49,648 nt of DNA, taken from positions 1 to 49,648 of the IMG/VR virus record IMGVR_UViG_3300030606_000009; one strand, written 5' to 3'. This document shows positions 1 through 8,237 of this stretch, one piece after another (the stretch's first letter is position 1; each line of letters opens with the position of its first letter). The position numbers were made by a program, and so were the translations under genes. Source of the DNA: a virus (lineage: Duplodnaviria > Caudoviricetes). The notes beneath the pieces are model-generated. The model did not search any database and was not told the DNA's origin. It saw only the letters and a list, made by a program, of their open reading frames with translations.

Positions 1-330
1 ATCCCAGACCTGAGCCCCGACCTGAGCCCAGACCTGATCCCCGACCTGATCCCCGACCTGAGCCCAGACCTGATCCCCGACCTGATCCCCGACCTGAGCC
101 CAGACCTGATCCCCGACCTGAGCCTCGACCTGAGCCCTGACCTGAGCCCCGACCTGATCCCCGACCTGACCCCTGACCTGAGCCCCGACCTGAGCCCAGA
201 CCTGACCCCTGACCTGAGCCTCGACCTGAGCCCAGACCTGATCCCTGACCTGACCCCTGACCTGATCCCCGACCTGAGCCCAGACCTGACCCCTGACCTG
301 AGCCTCGACCTGAGCCCAGACCTGAGCCAG
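1..330. repeat. 12-bp coding tandem repeat, consensus GACCTGA(G/T/C)CC(C/T)(C/A/T); 27 full units at 7-330
   Basis: Read directly. The minus strand encodes WAQV/GDQV/GAQV/RGQV/EAQV/RAQV/RDQV tetrapeptides. Confidence 0.98.
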
Positions 331-540
331 CATGCCGTTGCCGAGCGCGCCGACGAGCGGGTTTGTGACCCAGATCACCGGTGCCGGATCCAGCCCGGTA
401 CCCTCGTACAGCCCGGCGACTGCACGCTCGAACGCCGGACGGTCAGCAGGATCACACGACAGCCCGGCCGCAACCCAGCGGTCCACCCAGCCGGGCATCG
501 CAGCCTGCTGCTCGGCGGACAGCTTCTCGATCCTGCTCAC
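1..540 (-). CDS. DUF6745-like protein, N-terminal part (gene continues across the contig break into 49648..48906)
   Basis: GTG at 540 overlaps the ERF stop (GTGA). Translates MSRIEKLSAEQQAAMPGWVDRWVAAGLSCDPADRPAFERAVAGLY...VIWVTNP, then an open (xxQV)n repeat to base 1. Not in the ORF track because it runs off the end. Confidence 0.85.
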   Translation of the reverse strand, partial: MSRIEKLSAEQQAAMPGWVDRWVAAGLSCDPADRPAFERAVAGLYEGTGLDPAPVIWVTNPLVGALGNGMLAQVWAQVEAQVRGQVWAQVGDQVRGQVRDQVWAQVEAQVRGQVWAQVGAQVRGQVGDQVGAQVRAQVEAQVGDQVWAQVGDQVGDQVWAQVGDQVGDQVWAQVGAQVWD

Positions 541-1154
541 GATTGCGCCCCCTCCTGCGCGGCAACCAGATCTCCCAAGTCTGCAGCCAGCCCCTCAAGC
601 ACGTCGGCAGGCACCGCCGCGAACTGGTCGTCCTTCTTCGCATCGGAGATCCCGACCGCACGGATGGCGCGCCACATGTTCTTGTAGGCGTCGTGCTCGG
701 AGTCCTTCCCGCACGCCACGAACATGGCGGTGATGTGGCCGCGGATCGTCCGCATCGCCGCCACATGCCCGGCTGCGGGCTCAGGACGGGCCGCCTTCTG
801 TCCGTCGTCGTCCTCGTCAGGCACCAGCCCCACCAGCGCACACAACAGATACCGGCGCCCATAGGTGACCGCAGACCCCAGCCGTTGAGGATCATCGGTC
901 TTCGGCAGCGGCCACCAGGCATCCAGCGTGTCGGTGCCATCCGACAGCCGGCCGTGCAACGCCCACCCGCCATCCGACCACTCCGGCCCGCACGTCCACA
1001 CCAACCCAGCCTTGCCAAGCACCGGCAACAGCGCCCCATTCACGTCAGCCAACGTGGCGTACTGGTACTTGTAGCTGCCCGTGTCCGCCTCCGCACCCTT
1101 CCCAACGTGAGGAAGGTTCGCTTGGACCTCCATCAGCGCCTCATGCAAGGTCAT
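537..1154 (-). CDS. erf: ERF-family single-strand annealing protein
   Basis: YKYQYATLADV and QRLGSAVTYGRRYLLCALVGLVPDEDDDG match the ERF signature. ATG overlaps the exonuclease stop. Confidence 0.9.
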   Translation of the reverse strand: MTLHEALMEVQANLPHVGKGAEADTGSYKYQYATLADVNGALLPVLGKAGLVWTCGPEWSDGGWALHGRLSDGTDTLDAWWPLPKTDDPQRLGSAVTYGRRYLLCALVGLVPDEDDDGQKAARPEPAAGHVAAMRTIRGHITAMFVACGKDSEHDAYKNMWRAIRAVGISDAKKDDQFAAVPADVLEGLAADLGDLVAAQEGAQS

Positions 1155-1900
1155 CGTCCACCCGCCAGCGCAGACTCGGCGCCGCCACCCTTCACGAAGT
1201 CCCACAGTGCACGGGCTCCCAGGAACGCCTCGAACGTCGCAGCCCCGATGTCCGCCTCAACCAGCTCGTGCCCATCCGCCCGCAGATGCAGCACCCCCGC
1301 CCGCTCAGGCGTCACAAACGTGTCGACCCCGCCCCCCGGATCACAGATGACCGGAGCATGGGCCAGAGCAGCCAGCTGCAACGCCGCCTCCGGGTAGACG
1401 GCCTTGCCAGTCTTGATGTCCACCAGCCACAGCACACCCTCCAACCAGGCGAGCAAATCAAACGTCCCGGCGTAGCGGTGCGTCGTGGAGATCACGGTCC
1501 GTTCCGAGTGGACCACCTTCACGTCATTGTCTGACACCCATTTCACGAACTGGTCGACGTATGGCGCAGCATCGTCCCCCACATCCGGCATCGGAGCGTC
1601 CGACGACAGCGCGTCACAGACAGCATGGATGTGCGAGCCAAGATCGGCGGCCTTGTCCCGCTGCTTGAACGCCGCCGACTGGTACGCCTTCACCGCGACG
1701 TCCCGTTCCCGCATCCTCGAAAACGCCTCCCGGTCGTCCCACGCCGCAGCCAACGCCCCCTTGGTCTGCCACCATGCGATCGCCGGCTTGTCGATCACCC
1801 CGAGGATGTTCGTCACGCTCGGGTACAGCTCGCCGGAGTCCGGGTCCCGGTAGTGACGGCCCTTCCCACGAACAGTCTCGGCCAGCGCGGGCGTGGTCAT
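1151..1900 (-). CDS. PD-(D/E)XK exonuclease (Cas4/RecE-like)
   Basis: YPSVTNIL, GSHIH, YAGTFDL, LVDIKTG, ALQLAA motifs. Adjacent to ERF. Confidence 0.88.
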   Translation of the reverse strand: MTTPALAETVRGKGRHYRDPDSGELYPSVTNILGVIDKPAIAWWQTKGALAAAWDDREAFSRMRERDVAVKAYQSAAFKQRDKAADLGSHIHAVCDALSSDAPMPDVGDDAAPYVDQFVKWVSDNDVKVVHSERTVISTTHRYAGTFDLLAWLEGVLWLVDIKTGKAVYPEAALQLAALAHAPVICDPGGGVDTFVTPERAGVLHLRADGHELVEADIGAATFEAFLGARALWDFVKGGGAESALAGGR

Positions 1901-2190
1901 CGCTGATCCTCCCTGGCGTCTTGGAGTCGTACCCGGTCCTCGGCCTGACGCTGCACGTCAACCTCCGCGTACACGTCCTCGTCGATCGGTTGCAGGTCTC
2001 CCAAGACCTCCTCGGCCATCACCCTCGGACCCGACGTCCTGAACTCGTCATTCAGAATCTCGGCCAGCCAAGCGGCAAGTCTGTTGCGGTCAGCACGCAA
2101 CCTGCGCACCTCATCGACCAAGGCGGGGACGTGGTCCTGATACGAGGGCGGCGGCGCTGCCGAACGGCACGTCCGTGTAGGCGGCATCAC
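1897..2190 (-). CDS. Hypothetical protein with Ead/Ea22-like segment; 5' end possibly frameshifted
   Basis: DHVPALVDEVRRLR motif. Stop overlaps the exonuclease ATG. N-terminus looks poorly protein-like. Confidence 0.5.
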   Translation of the reverse strand: MMPPTRTCRSAAPPPSYQDHVPALVDEVRRLRADRNRLAAWLAEILNDEFRTSGPRVMAEEVLGDLQPIDEDVYAEVDVQRQAEDRVRLQDAREDQR

Positions 2191-2315
2191 CCGCCACCCG
2201 GGTATCGGGTGACGACTCGCGTTCGGCCGGGTCGTCGACGACCCGCCACGACAGCGAGCGCCCACGTCATCGCCTCGACGGTCGTAGGGGTCTCGGTCGA
2301 TGGCTCTACGCTCAT
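2187..2315 (-). CDS. Small hypothetical protein or gene fragment (42 aa)
   Basis: ATGA/GTGA overlaps on both sides. Confidence 0.35.
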   Translation of the reverse strand: MSVEPSTETPTTVEAMTWALAVVAGRRRPGRTRVVTRYPGGG

Positions 2316-2416
2316 GGGACCACCAGCGTGCCGTACGACTGCGACAGGCCATAGGCCACAAGAGCCCCAAACCCAGCAGAAGCCGCCAGCCACAACGTCA
2401 CAGCAAAAACCTTCAC
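2312..2416 (-). CDS. Small membrane protein (34 aa)
   Basis: GTG after GGGAG. Hydrophobic VFAVTLWLAASAGFGALVAYGL. Confidence 0.5.
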   Translation of the reverse strand: MKVFAVTLWLAASAGFGALVAYGLSQSYGTLVVP

Positions 2417-2417
2417 G

Positions 2418-2633
2418 TCACCATCTCCCATTGTCGCACGGACGGCAGATGACCTTGCCCTCCGTCGGATACGGCCGGGCAGGACGGCCACAGTCAGGCG
2501 CATCGCAGGCCGTCCCCGCGTCAGGGGCAGGCAGCCCCAGCAGCAGAACCGCAGCCGCAGCGACGGCGGTGAACGTGATCCGGGCGACGTCATCCCACAG
2601 GACCCGGTCACGCCAAACCGTGACGGCCTTCAT
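2418..2633 (-). CDS. Membrane protein with C-terminal Cys pairs
   Basis: One hydrophobic helix, CxxxxC and CxxC. ATGA overlap. Confidence 0.55.
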   Translation of the reverse strand: MKAVTVWRDRVLWDDVARITFTAVAAAAVLLLGLPAPDAGTACDAPDCGRPARPYPTEGKVICRPCDNGRW

Positions 2634-2833
2634 GCCGTCACCGCCTTCCGTGCGGCCAGACCGGCCAAAAGTTCCGCCTGCCGCATCCGTTCGCACGCCA
2701 GCTCGAAGTCACCCCGATAGTGGCGGGCGAACTCGTCGGCGCAGAAGTCGAAGATGACCCGGCGTTCCACGGTCGCGAACGGATCTCCCAGGTGGGCGAC
2801 GGCAAGTGCAGTCTTGAAGTTGGCGGTGGTCAT
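2630..2833 (-). CDS. Hypothetical protein (67 aa)
   Basis: Strong RBS GAGGAGG before ATG 2833. Confidence 0.7.
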   Translation of the reverse strand: MTTANFKTALAVAHLGDPFATVERRVIFDFCADEFARHYRGDFELACERMRQAELLAGLAARKAVTA

Positions 2834-2855
2834 GGTTCCTCCTCGCATACCTGTC

Positions 2856-2902
2856 ACGTTAGCACAGACGGGCGACGTTCTGGACACCAATCTCCGAACG
2901 TC
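2856..2902 (-). promoter_or_regulatory. Extended -10 promoter (TGTGc-TAACGT) with upstream imperfect palindrome
   Basis: -10 at 2856-2861. GACGTTC...GAACGTC inverted repeat at 2874-2902. Confidence 0.5.
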
Positions 2903-3115
2903 TGCTTGCCGTCGCGACACATTCGCTACCTGTTGCAAACGGTCACGGCAGATACTTTCCCTCATCGGGCCGTTATCCCTCACCGTGCAGTCGCCCACAA
3001 GGGCCCACGTCCCCGTTTCGGCTGCGCAGATCGCCTGAGAGCGCCGTTCGGTCGCCGCTGGTGTCATGGGACCCTCGTAACCGAAAACGGCTCACAGGGC
3101 CATACGTTGCCACGC

Positions 3116-3442
3116 TCATGTGACGCGGCGCCTCAACCAGCCACGCAAGTAGGACTCCTCGGGGTTCAGGTGCGCGTGACGGTGACATTCGTGACAGCAG
3201 TGCGCCAGGTTCGACGGGTCGTGCGCGTCCGGTCCGACCCTGCCCGCTAGATGGTGAACTTCCACCGCACGGACCGTGCAGACGGGCGTGCCCAGCTCGC
3301 AGATTCCTTGCGACCGAACCTCGACGGCCAGCCGTGACGGGGCAGGCAGCCCCGAACCCCGAGAACGCCGCAGCGGCTTCCCACGAGCCAGCGGCTTCCC
3401 ACGCCGCAACGGCGCCGTCCGTCTGATCGGCGTGCGCCTCAT
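3116..3442 (-). CDS. HNH endonuclease
   Basis: Basic N-terminus MRRTPIRR, CE...C, VHH, NLAHCCHECHRHAH. Confidence 0.85.
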   Translation of the reverse strand: MRRTPIRRTAPLRRGKPLARGKPLRRSRGSGLPAPSRLAVEVRSQGICELGTPVCTVRAVEVHHLAGRVGPDAHDPSNLAHCCHECHRHAHLNPEESYLRGWLRRRVT

Positions 3443-3879
3443 GCGTCGCCCGGACGGTGCGCCCGCACAATCGACTGGCACTCCCCACACCCCGACGCCG
3501 GCCGCGAATGATCCAGATGTGTGCGAGGCCCCAACACCCCGTCCAGCTCGGCGTCGGCCTCCCAACGATCAAGCAACGCCGGACGGCAGGACGAACACGG
3601 AATCACCGTCGGCTGACCATCGGGCCCGCCCGCGTCGACGACGATCCACCCATCCCCGTTTTCGCACCGGCACCCGTAGGTCCGCTCCGCAGGATCGGCC
3701 ACCCTCAGCGTCCCGTCAGCAAGCCCGCCGCGGATACGGGCTGCCCAGCCCTCCGCATCCAACGTCTGCGACAGCGACGGCGGCAGATCACCGGCAGGCC
3801 GCAGCCTGCCCGAACCACGCCAGCTGTCGGCGTCATCCAGCGCAGCCATCCGGTCGTCCCACTCCGCATCAGTGGTCAC
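3439..3879 (-). CDS. Hypothetical zinc-binding protein
   Basis: CRCENGDGW...PCSSC, H...CGEC. Coupled to both neighbours. Confidence 0.7.
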   Translation of the reverse strand: MTTDAEWDDRMAALDDADSWRGSGRLRPAGDLPPSLSQTLDAEGWAARIRGGLADGTLRVADPAERTYGCRCENGDGWIVVDAGGPDGQPTVIPCSSCRPALLDRWEADAELDGVLGPRTHLDHSRPASGCGECQSIVRAHRPGDA

Positions 3880-4379
3880 GTCAGCTCCTTGCGGTCAGGC
3901 GCCGAAAGCGCAGGGTTGGTCAAGGTCGTTTCGGTACGGCGCTTGACCACCTGCCGGTAGACGCCCCCCCACTGCGACCGTGCCGACGGCTCATGATCCA
4001 TGTACGACAGATGCCGCCACCCGATGATCTCGATCGCCTCGTTGATCGCATCCTTGGAGTGCGGCCAGTCGTAGCGGCGCCTCGGGGTCATCATCGCCAG
4101 CCCGCCCGAAATCTGGCGGGACGCCTCCCAGACCAGCGGGAATGTCTCGTCGTCCGCACGGTCGGTCAGCAGATGCGACAGCGCCGCAGCCCGGATGCGG
4201 CCGATGTTGGGCCACTCGTCGCCCGCGGCGACACGCGCATGGCATGCGGCCGTGGCCCGCTCGACGTCCAGGTCTGACATGTGGGATGCCCACAAAACCG
4301 TCGTCTCCTTCGTCGGCCGGAAGTTGGGCCACAGTCCGGCGATGAGTTCGATGATGCCGATGGCCTGTTCGTTGGTCAT
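3876..4379 (-). CDS. Replicative helicase loader/inhibitor (G39P-like)
   Basis: MTNEQAIGIIELIAGLWPNF...W...L...WPNIGRIR pattern. Directly downstream of the initiator. Confidence 0.7.
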   Translation of the reverse strand: MTNEQAIGIIELIAGLWPNFRPTKETTVLWASHMSDLDVERATAACHARVAAGDEWPNIGRIRAAALSHLLTDRADDETFPLVWEASRQISGGLAMMTPRRRYDWPHSKDAINEAIEIIGWRHLSYMDHEPSARSQWGGVYRQVVKRRTETTLTNPALSAPDRKELT

Positions 4380-5299
4380 GTCTGCTCCTGGTGTGCTCTC
4401 GCCGCCGCCCTCAACTCTGCGAAGTCGACCTGACCGCTGCCGTTGCGGCTGTCGCGAGCCATCTGCGCTCGAAGGCGCGTGTACTTGTCACGGAACGTCG
4501 GTACTGACTGGATGTTTGCTGGCCAGAAGTCGGATTCGGTGAGCGCCCACCGCATGACAGCACGTATCTCCTCATCGCCTGGTGGGTGCTGCCCGTTGCC
4601 TTTCGGCCCGAGCCGTCTGAGCCTGTCCATCGCGACGAGCCACAGGCCCGCTGCACTGCTTCCCTTCTCCGGCAGGGTGTGGCCGTTGTCGAGGACGAGT
4701 TGTGCGAATTCTCTGGTGAGCTTGTTGACCTCGTCGGGGAACCTGACGGTCGCGTCCGGTTTGCCGGACGTGTCGTTGTCGGAGTCGGAGTCGGAGTAGT
4801 TGTCGGAGTCGGAGTCCGCGCGCGCACGCACGCGAGGCCTATCGGTAGGGGTATCGGATACCCCATCAGATATGGTATCGGCAGGGGTAATCCAGCCCTG
4901 CTCGACGGCCTCAGATACGGCTTCGTTGTCCATCTGCTCGAAGAACAGGCTGCGAATGATCGGCGACAGCACCGACTTCCACGCCGACCACATCGGCCGA
5001 CGGGTCTTCGGGGAGGCCATGACCCCGTCATGGCGGGTGAAGGTCCGCACCCAGACCTCTCCGGTCTGCTCGTCCACGACGACGAACCCGGCATCTTCGA
5101 GCTCTGCCACGCGCGGCGCCACCGGCTCGCCACCGGCCAGGTTGGACCAGCGGGCCGGCACGTACGGCACCACCCCCGCGAGGGTCATGTCGGGTTGGGA
5201 CAGGATCATCCAGTAGGCGGCCTGGGTCGCCAACGGGAGTGCGGTGAATTCGCGGTCACGCCATACCGACGTGTGGATGCGCGCCTGAGACCGTGCCAT
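4376..5299 (-). CDS. Phage replication initiator protein (lambda O-like organisation)
   Basis: N-terminal RIHTSVWRDREF winged-helix-type domain, repeat-encoded linker, C-terminal DFWPANIQSVPTFRDKY domain. Confidence 0.8.
   Translation of the reverse strand: MARSQARIHTSVWRDREFTALPLATQAAYWMILSQPDMTLAGVVPYVPARWSNLAGGEPVAPRVAELEDAGFVVVDEQTGEVWVRTFTRHDGVMASPKTRRPMWSAWKSVLSPIIRSLFFEQMDNEAVSEAVEQGWITPADTISDGVSDTPTDRPRVRARADSDSDNYSDSDSDNDTSGKPDATVRFPDEVNKLTREFAQLVLDNGHTLPEKGSSAAGLWLVAMDRLRRLGPKGNGQHPPGDEEIRAVMRWALTESDFWPANIQSVPTFRDKYTRLRAQMARDSRNGSGQVDFAELRAAARAHQEQT
4838..4885. repeat. Putative origin iterons inside the initiator gene
   Basis: Four degenerate 12-mers (cctatcggtagg, ggtatcggatac, cccatcagatat, ggtatcggcagg), including palindrome GGGGTATC-g-GATACCCC at 4848-4864. 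Confidence 0.55.
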
Positions 5300-5443
5300 C
5301 AGGGGCCGCCCGCAGAAATACTGGCGTGTGACCGCGGGCCGGGACTTTGGAGGGTGATCGGCGGAGAGGGGTCCATCCGGCGCCGGCCTTTCGCACGTCG
5401 CGCCGAACGAGTACGATTCGCCCAGCGCGTTGACCTGCGCAGC

Positions 5444-5472
5444 ACACTACGCTTCTCGACAGCGGAGCGCAA
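5444..5472 (-). promoter_or_regulatory. SigA-type promoter for the replication operon
   Basis: TTGCGC-N17-TAGTGT. Confidence 0.6.
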
Positions 5473-5484
5473 GAGTGCTCAACG

Positions 5485-5516
5485 GAACCCCGGAGGCCCC
5501 AAGCCGCCGGGGTTTC
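5485..5516 (-). terminator. GC-rich hairpin, likely terminator closing the late/lysis transcript
   Basis: AACCCCGG(c)GGC-ttggg-GCC(t)CCGGGGTT, immediately upstream of the next promoter. Confidence 0.55.
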
Positions 5517-5705
5517 GTCCTGCTACAGTGACGTTGGCCGCCGGGTGTGGCGCCGGGGCACACCGCCCCGCCGTTCCGGTCGTCCTCCTCGCAAAGGGCG
5601 CCCCCGGCGGCTCAACCTTTCATCGACCCTCAACCTCCACGCCACATCCAGCCGACCTCAACCTGACGTTGAGCAGCCCCGCCGCTGGGGGGCGACAGGG
5701 CTGCC

Positions 5706-5737
5706 GGCCTGCACCGAAGGGGCATACGGTGCAGGCC
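5706..5737 (-). terminator. Perfect 11-bp hairpin just after the last lysis-region gene
   Basis: GGCCTGCACCG-N10-CGGTGCAGGCC. No U tail. Confidence 0.45.
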
Positions 5738-5745
5738 TGCCCGGC

Positions 5746-5868
5746 CTAGAGGCCGGGACGTATGGCCCGGTCCGCCGTCACGTTCAGCAGCTTCGTGCCG
5801 GCCTTGACCAGCGCGACGCCGAGGACGGCGCCGGCGGCGCAGCAGGCCAGCACGACCAGGCGGCTCAT
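5746..5868 (-). CDS. Small membrane protein (40 aa)
   Basis: ATGA overlap with the endolysin stop. Hydrophobic LVVLACCAAGAVLGVALV. Confidence 0.55.
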   Translation of the reverse strand: MSRLVVLACCAAGAVLGVALVKAGTKLLNVTADRAIRPGL

Positions 5869-6671
5869 GGGATCTTGGTGTAGATGGCGGTGCCGCGGCG
5901 GGGGTACCGCTTGTCGGCCTCGGCTACCGACAGACCGCCACCCTGCGTGTGCCACGCCTTCTCGAGGCGCATCTTGACCGACGTGGTGATCCGCTTGCCG
6001 CTGTAGTCTTGTCCGGTGGCCTTCTTCCACCATGCCGACACGGCAGCCTGCATCTGCGGTCCGTAGACGCCGTCAAGCGTCACCGTCTGGCCCTGCGCGC
6101 GCAGCAGCCGCTGGTAGTAGCGGACCGGCCCGTCGCCGCCGGGCCACGCGCCGTCGTTGTCGCCGTACTGGGGGAACATGTTGGCCTCCATGATGAGCGG
6201 GGGGAGTACGAGTCCGGCGGCGAGTTCGGCCGGGGTGGCGCCGATCTGGTGATGCATCGGGTCAGGGTTGGTGGGTGCACGCCAGTCGCCGCCCCAGGCG
6301 AACACCTGCCTGCCCGAGACGGTGCGGATGGCCTTGATGTCGCGGCGGAACGCGGCCGGCTGGTCGGTCCGTGTGGTGCCGTGCGGGTTCTTGGAAGGGT
6401 TGAGGTCGATGGCGAGCCCGTAGGCATGCAACGAGTAGGAGGACGAGCCGGCGATGAGACGACAGTTGAAAGTCCCGCCCGACGACTCACGGAATCGGTA
6501 GTCGTGGGCCTTCATCACCGCAGAGAACGCCCGCCACGCCTCTGCGGTCCGATACTCGACGAGCAGGCCTGGCGACCAGCCGTGGAAGACGACACGGACC
6601 ATCCTCGACGTGTCGCAGCGGGCAGCCGAATACTCGCTGCGCATCCTGGTCGTGGACAGTGGTGCGCTCAC
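5865..6671 (-). CDS. Endolysin: M15-family Zn peptidase plus peptidoglycan-binding domain
   Basis: R...SLHAYGLAIDLN, WGGDW, DPMH. C-terminal VRYYQRLL...DGVYGPQMQAAV. RBS GGAGG before GTG 6671. Confidence 0.9.
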   Translation of the reverse strand: MSAPLSTTRMRSEYSAARCDTSRMVRVVFHGWSPGLLVEYRTAEAWRAFSAVMKAHDYRFRESSGGTFNCRLIAGSSSYSLHAYGLAIDLNPSKNPHGTTRTDQPAAFRRDIKAIRTVSGRQVFAWGGDWRAPTNPDPMHHQIGATPAELAAGLVLPPLIMEANMFPQYGDNDGAWPGGDGPVRYYQRLLRAQGQTVTLDGVYGPQMQAAVSAWWKKATGQDYSGKRITTSVKMRLEKAWHTQGGGLSVAEADKRYPRRGTAIYTKIP

Positions 6672-6762
6672 CGGCACGCCTCCACGAGCTGTGTGGCAAG
6701 CACAGCCCCGACCGCGCAGCCGACAAGGAACCCGGCAGCCAGCAGGACGGGCTCGACCCATC

Positions 6763-7020
6763 TCATCGGCGGCATCTTCCCGGAGGCCCCTCACACGGCG
6801 GCTCTGTGTCTGCCTCGGCGGGACGTGGGGGCGGGCCGGGCAGCATCCCGCCCAGCTCGACGACCAGCGCCGACAGCTGCGCGAGCCGGGCACGCAGCCC
6901 GTACTCGACGACCGGGTCGGACAGGCCGGTTGCAGTGTTCTCGGCGTCGGCGGCGAGCAGCCAGTCGACCAGCGCGAGCGCAGCATCCCGACGTTTGAGT
7001 TCTGCCTCGACCGTCGCCAC
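6763..7020 (-). CDS. Hypothetical protein
   Basis: ORF in the lysis cassette, packed against the upstream gene. Confidence 0.55.
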   Translation of the reverse strand: MATVEAELKRRDAALALVDWLLAADAENTATGLSDPVVEYGLRARLAQLSALVVELGGMLPGPPPRPAEADTEPPCEGPPGRCRR

Positions 7021-7021
7021 G

Positions 7022-7372
7022 TCAACCGCCCCGGTACATCAGCCGGATCATCTTCTTGCGGGCAAGCCGTGCCCGCCACGAATCCGCGACGAGGATGATC
7101 GTGATGACGTAGATCAGTGCGGCCAGCCACTCGCCGGTCAACACGTCAACCAACTGGAGCAGCGCCATCAGGCCGATGACCGTCAGTACCGCGGCCCGCG
7201 ACGCCTGCGCCCGGAAGTTGTGCTTGGCCTGTTCCTCCTGCACCGACCCGACAAGACCCTCCTCACGCACGAGATGCAGGTCACGCCGTGCGTCCGCAAT
7301 GTCGGCCAGCAGCGCCAGCATCCCCACGGCAGGAAGCGCCACCAGACCCCACGTCAGCACCGTCCACATCAT
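7022..7372 (-). CDS. Membrane protein with 3 predicted TM segments (holin candidate)
   Basis: Three hydrophobic stretches and a basic C-terminus, in the lysis cassette. Confidence 0.7.
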   Translation of the reverse strand: MMWTVLTWGLVALPAVGMLALLADIADARRDLHLVREEGLVGSVQEEQAKHNFRAQASRAAVLTVIGLMALLQLVDVLTGEWLAALIYVITIILVADSWRARLARKKMIRLMYRGG

Positions 7373-7584
7373 CGCTGCTCCCGGATCGTCGCGGCCTGCT
7401 GGGCAAGCATCGCGACCCTGCGGCGCAACTCCTCGCCGGTCATGGCGACACGCGGCTTGTGGCGCACCACCCCCGCCTGAATCTTCAACAGCGTCAGCAC
7501 CTCGTCGACCTGACGGCGGACCTCCTGCGGGGTCGTGTCGTCCTCATGGTCATAGATGGGGACGACCCCGTCACGTTCAGACAC
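7369..7584 (-). CDS. Hypothetical protein
   Basis: GTG after GGAGGG. Coupled to neighbours. Confidence 0.55.
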   Translation of the reverse strand: MSERDGVVPIYDHEDDTTPQEVRRQVDEVLTLLKIQAGVVRHKPRVAMTGEELRRRVAMLAQQAATIREQR

Positions 7585-7822
7585 CGCCCTCCCTCCTGCC
7601 GACGGTTGCGCCCAGCGCGTTGAGGGCTTCCATCGCCGTGTCACGCCAGTAGTCGCGGTCTTCCTTGATGCGGCTGTAGTGGTGGCGTGAGTCCTCACGC
7701 AACTCCCGGTGGGTCGAGCCCGGGACGAGGTCGCCGCGGACCAGCATCACCAGCACCAGCAGCATCGTGCCGACGCCGACGCCGCCGCCGACGATCTGAG
7801 AGACGGCGGCGAGGTCCATCAT
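7577..7822 (-). CDS. Membrane protein (actinophage lysis-cassette type)
   Basis: TM segment followed by RGDLVPGSTH...RDYWR. Confidence 0.75.
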   Translation of the reverse strand: MMDLAAVSQIVGGGVGVGTMLLVLVMLVRGDLVPGSTHRELREDSRHHYSRIKEDRDYWRDTAMEALNALGATVGRREGGV

Positions 7823-7841
7823 GCAGACCTGTCCGGCGCGG

Positions 7842-8120
7842 TCAACGGCCGAGCGTGTCGTGAACCACCGAGCCGATCGACGCGGCCGAGATGCCGACGA
7901 CGACCTGCGACCACAGGTTCAGCTCGGCCAGTGCGACACCGCCGGCCTCAACTCCTGCGGCGAAGTCGGTCTGGACGAACAGCGCCACCGCAAGCGCCCC
8001 GAACACCCACACGGCGATCTGTGTCACGGCCTTGGCAAGTTCGCCGGCACGCACTTGATGCACGAGGTCGGTGAACTTCATTACGAGGGCTGCGAGCCCG
8101 ATGGTCGGTACTGCCTCCAC
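7842..8120 (-). CDS. Holin-like membrane protein
   Basis: RBS GGGGAGG, GTG 8120. Three hydrophobic segments, ends VVHD. Confidence 0.7.
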   Translation of the reverse strand: MEAVPTIGLAALVMKFTDLVHQVRAGELAKAVTQIAVWVFGALAVALFVQTDFAAGVEAGGVALAELNLWSQVVVGISAASIGSVVHDTLGR

Positions 8121-8237
8121 GATGGCCTCCCCGGTCAACTGTGGTCGAAACGAGGGTAGGTGGTCGCGACGGACCGCGCGAGGATCAGGCAGGAGGACCC
8201 GCAGGGCGTGCCGGATCGGGATGCCGTGGTTGGCCGC

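Noticed and set aside
1-330. CRISPR array or telomere-like repeat
   Set aside because: Units are contiguous 12-mers with no spacers and lie in an open reading frame. No cas operon is present.
1151-1900. CRISPR-associated Cas4
   Set aside because: No Fe-S cysteine set. Its context next to ERF indicates a recombination exonuclease.
2874-2902. LexA/SOS box
   Set aside because: Half-site orientation and spacing do not match the actinobacterial TCGAAC-N4-GTTCGA consensus.
5500-5540. Hammerhead ribozyme suggested by GGACGAAAC on the minus strand
   Set aside because: The required CUGANGA core is absent upstream.
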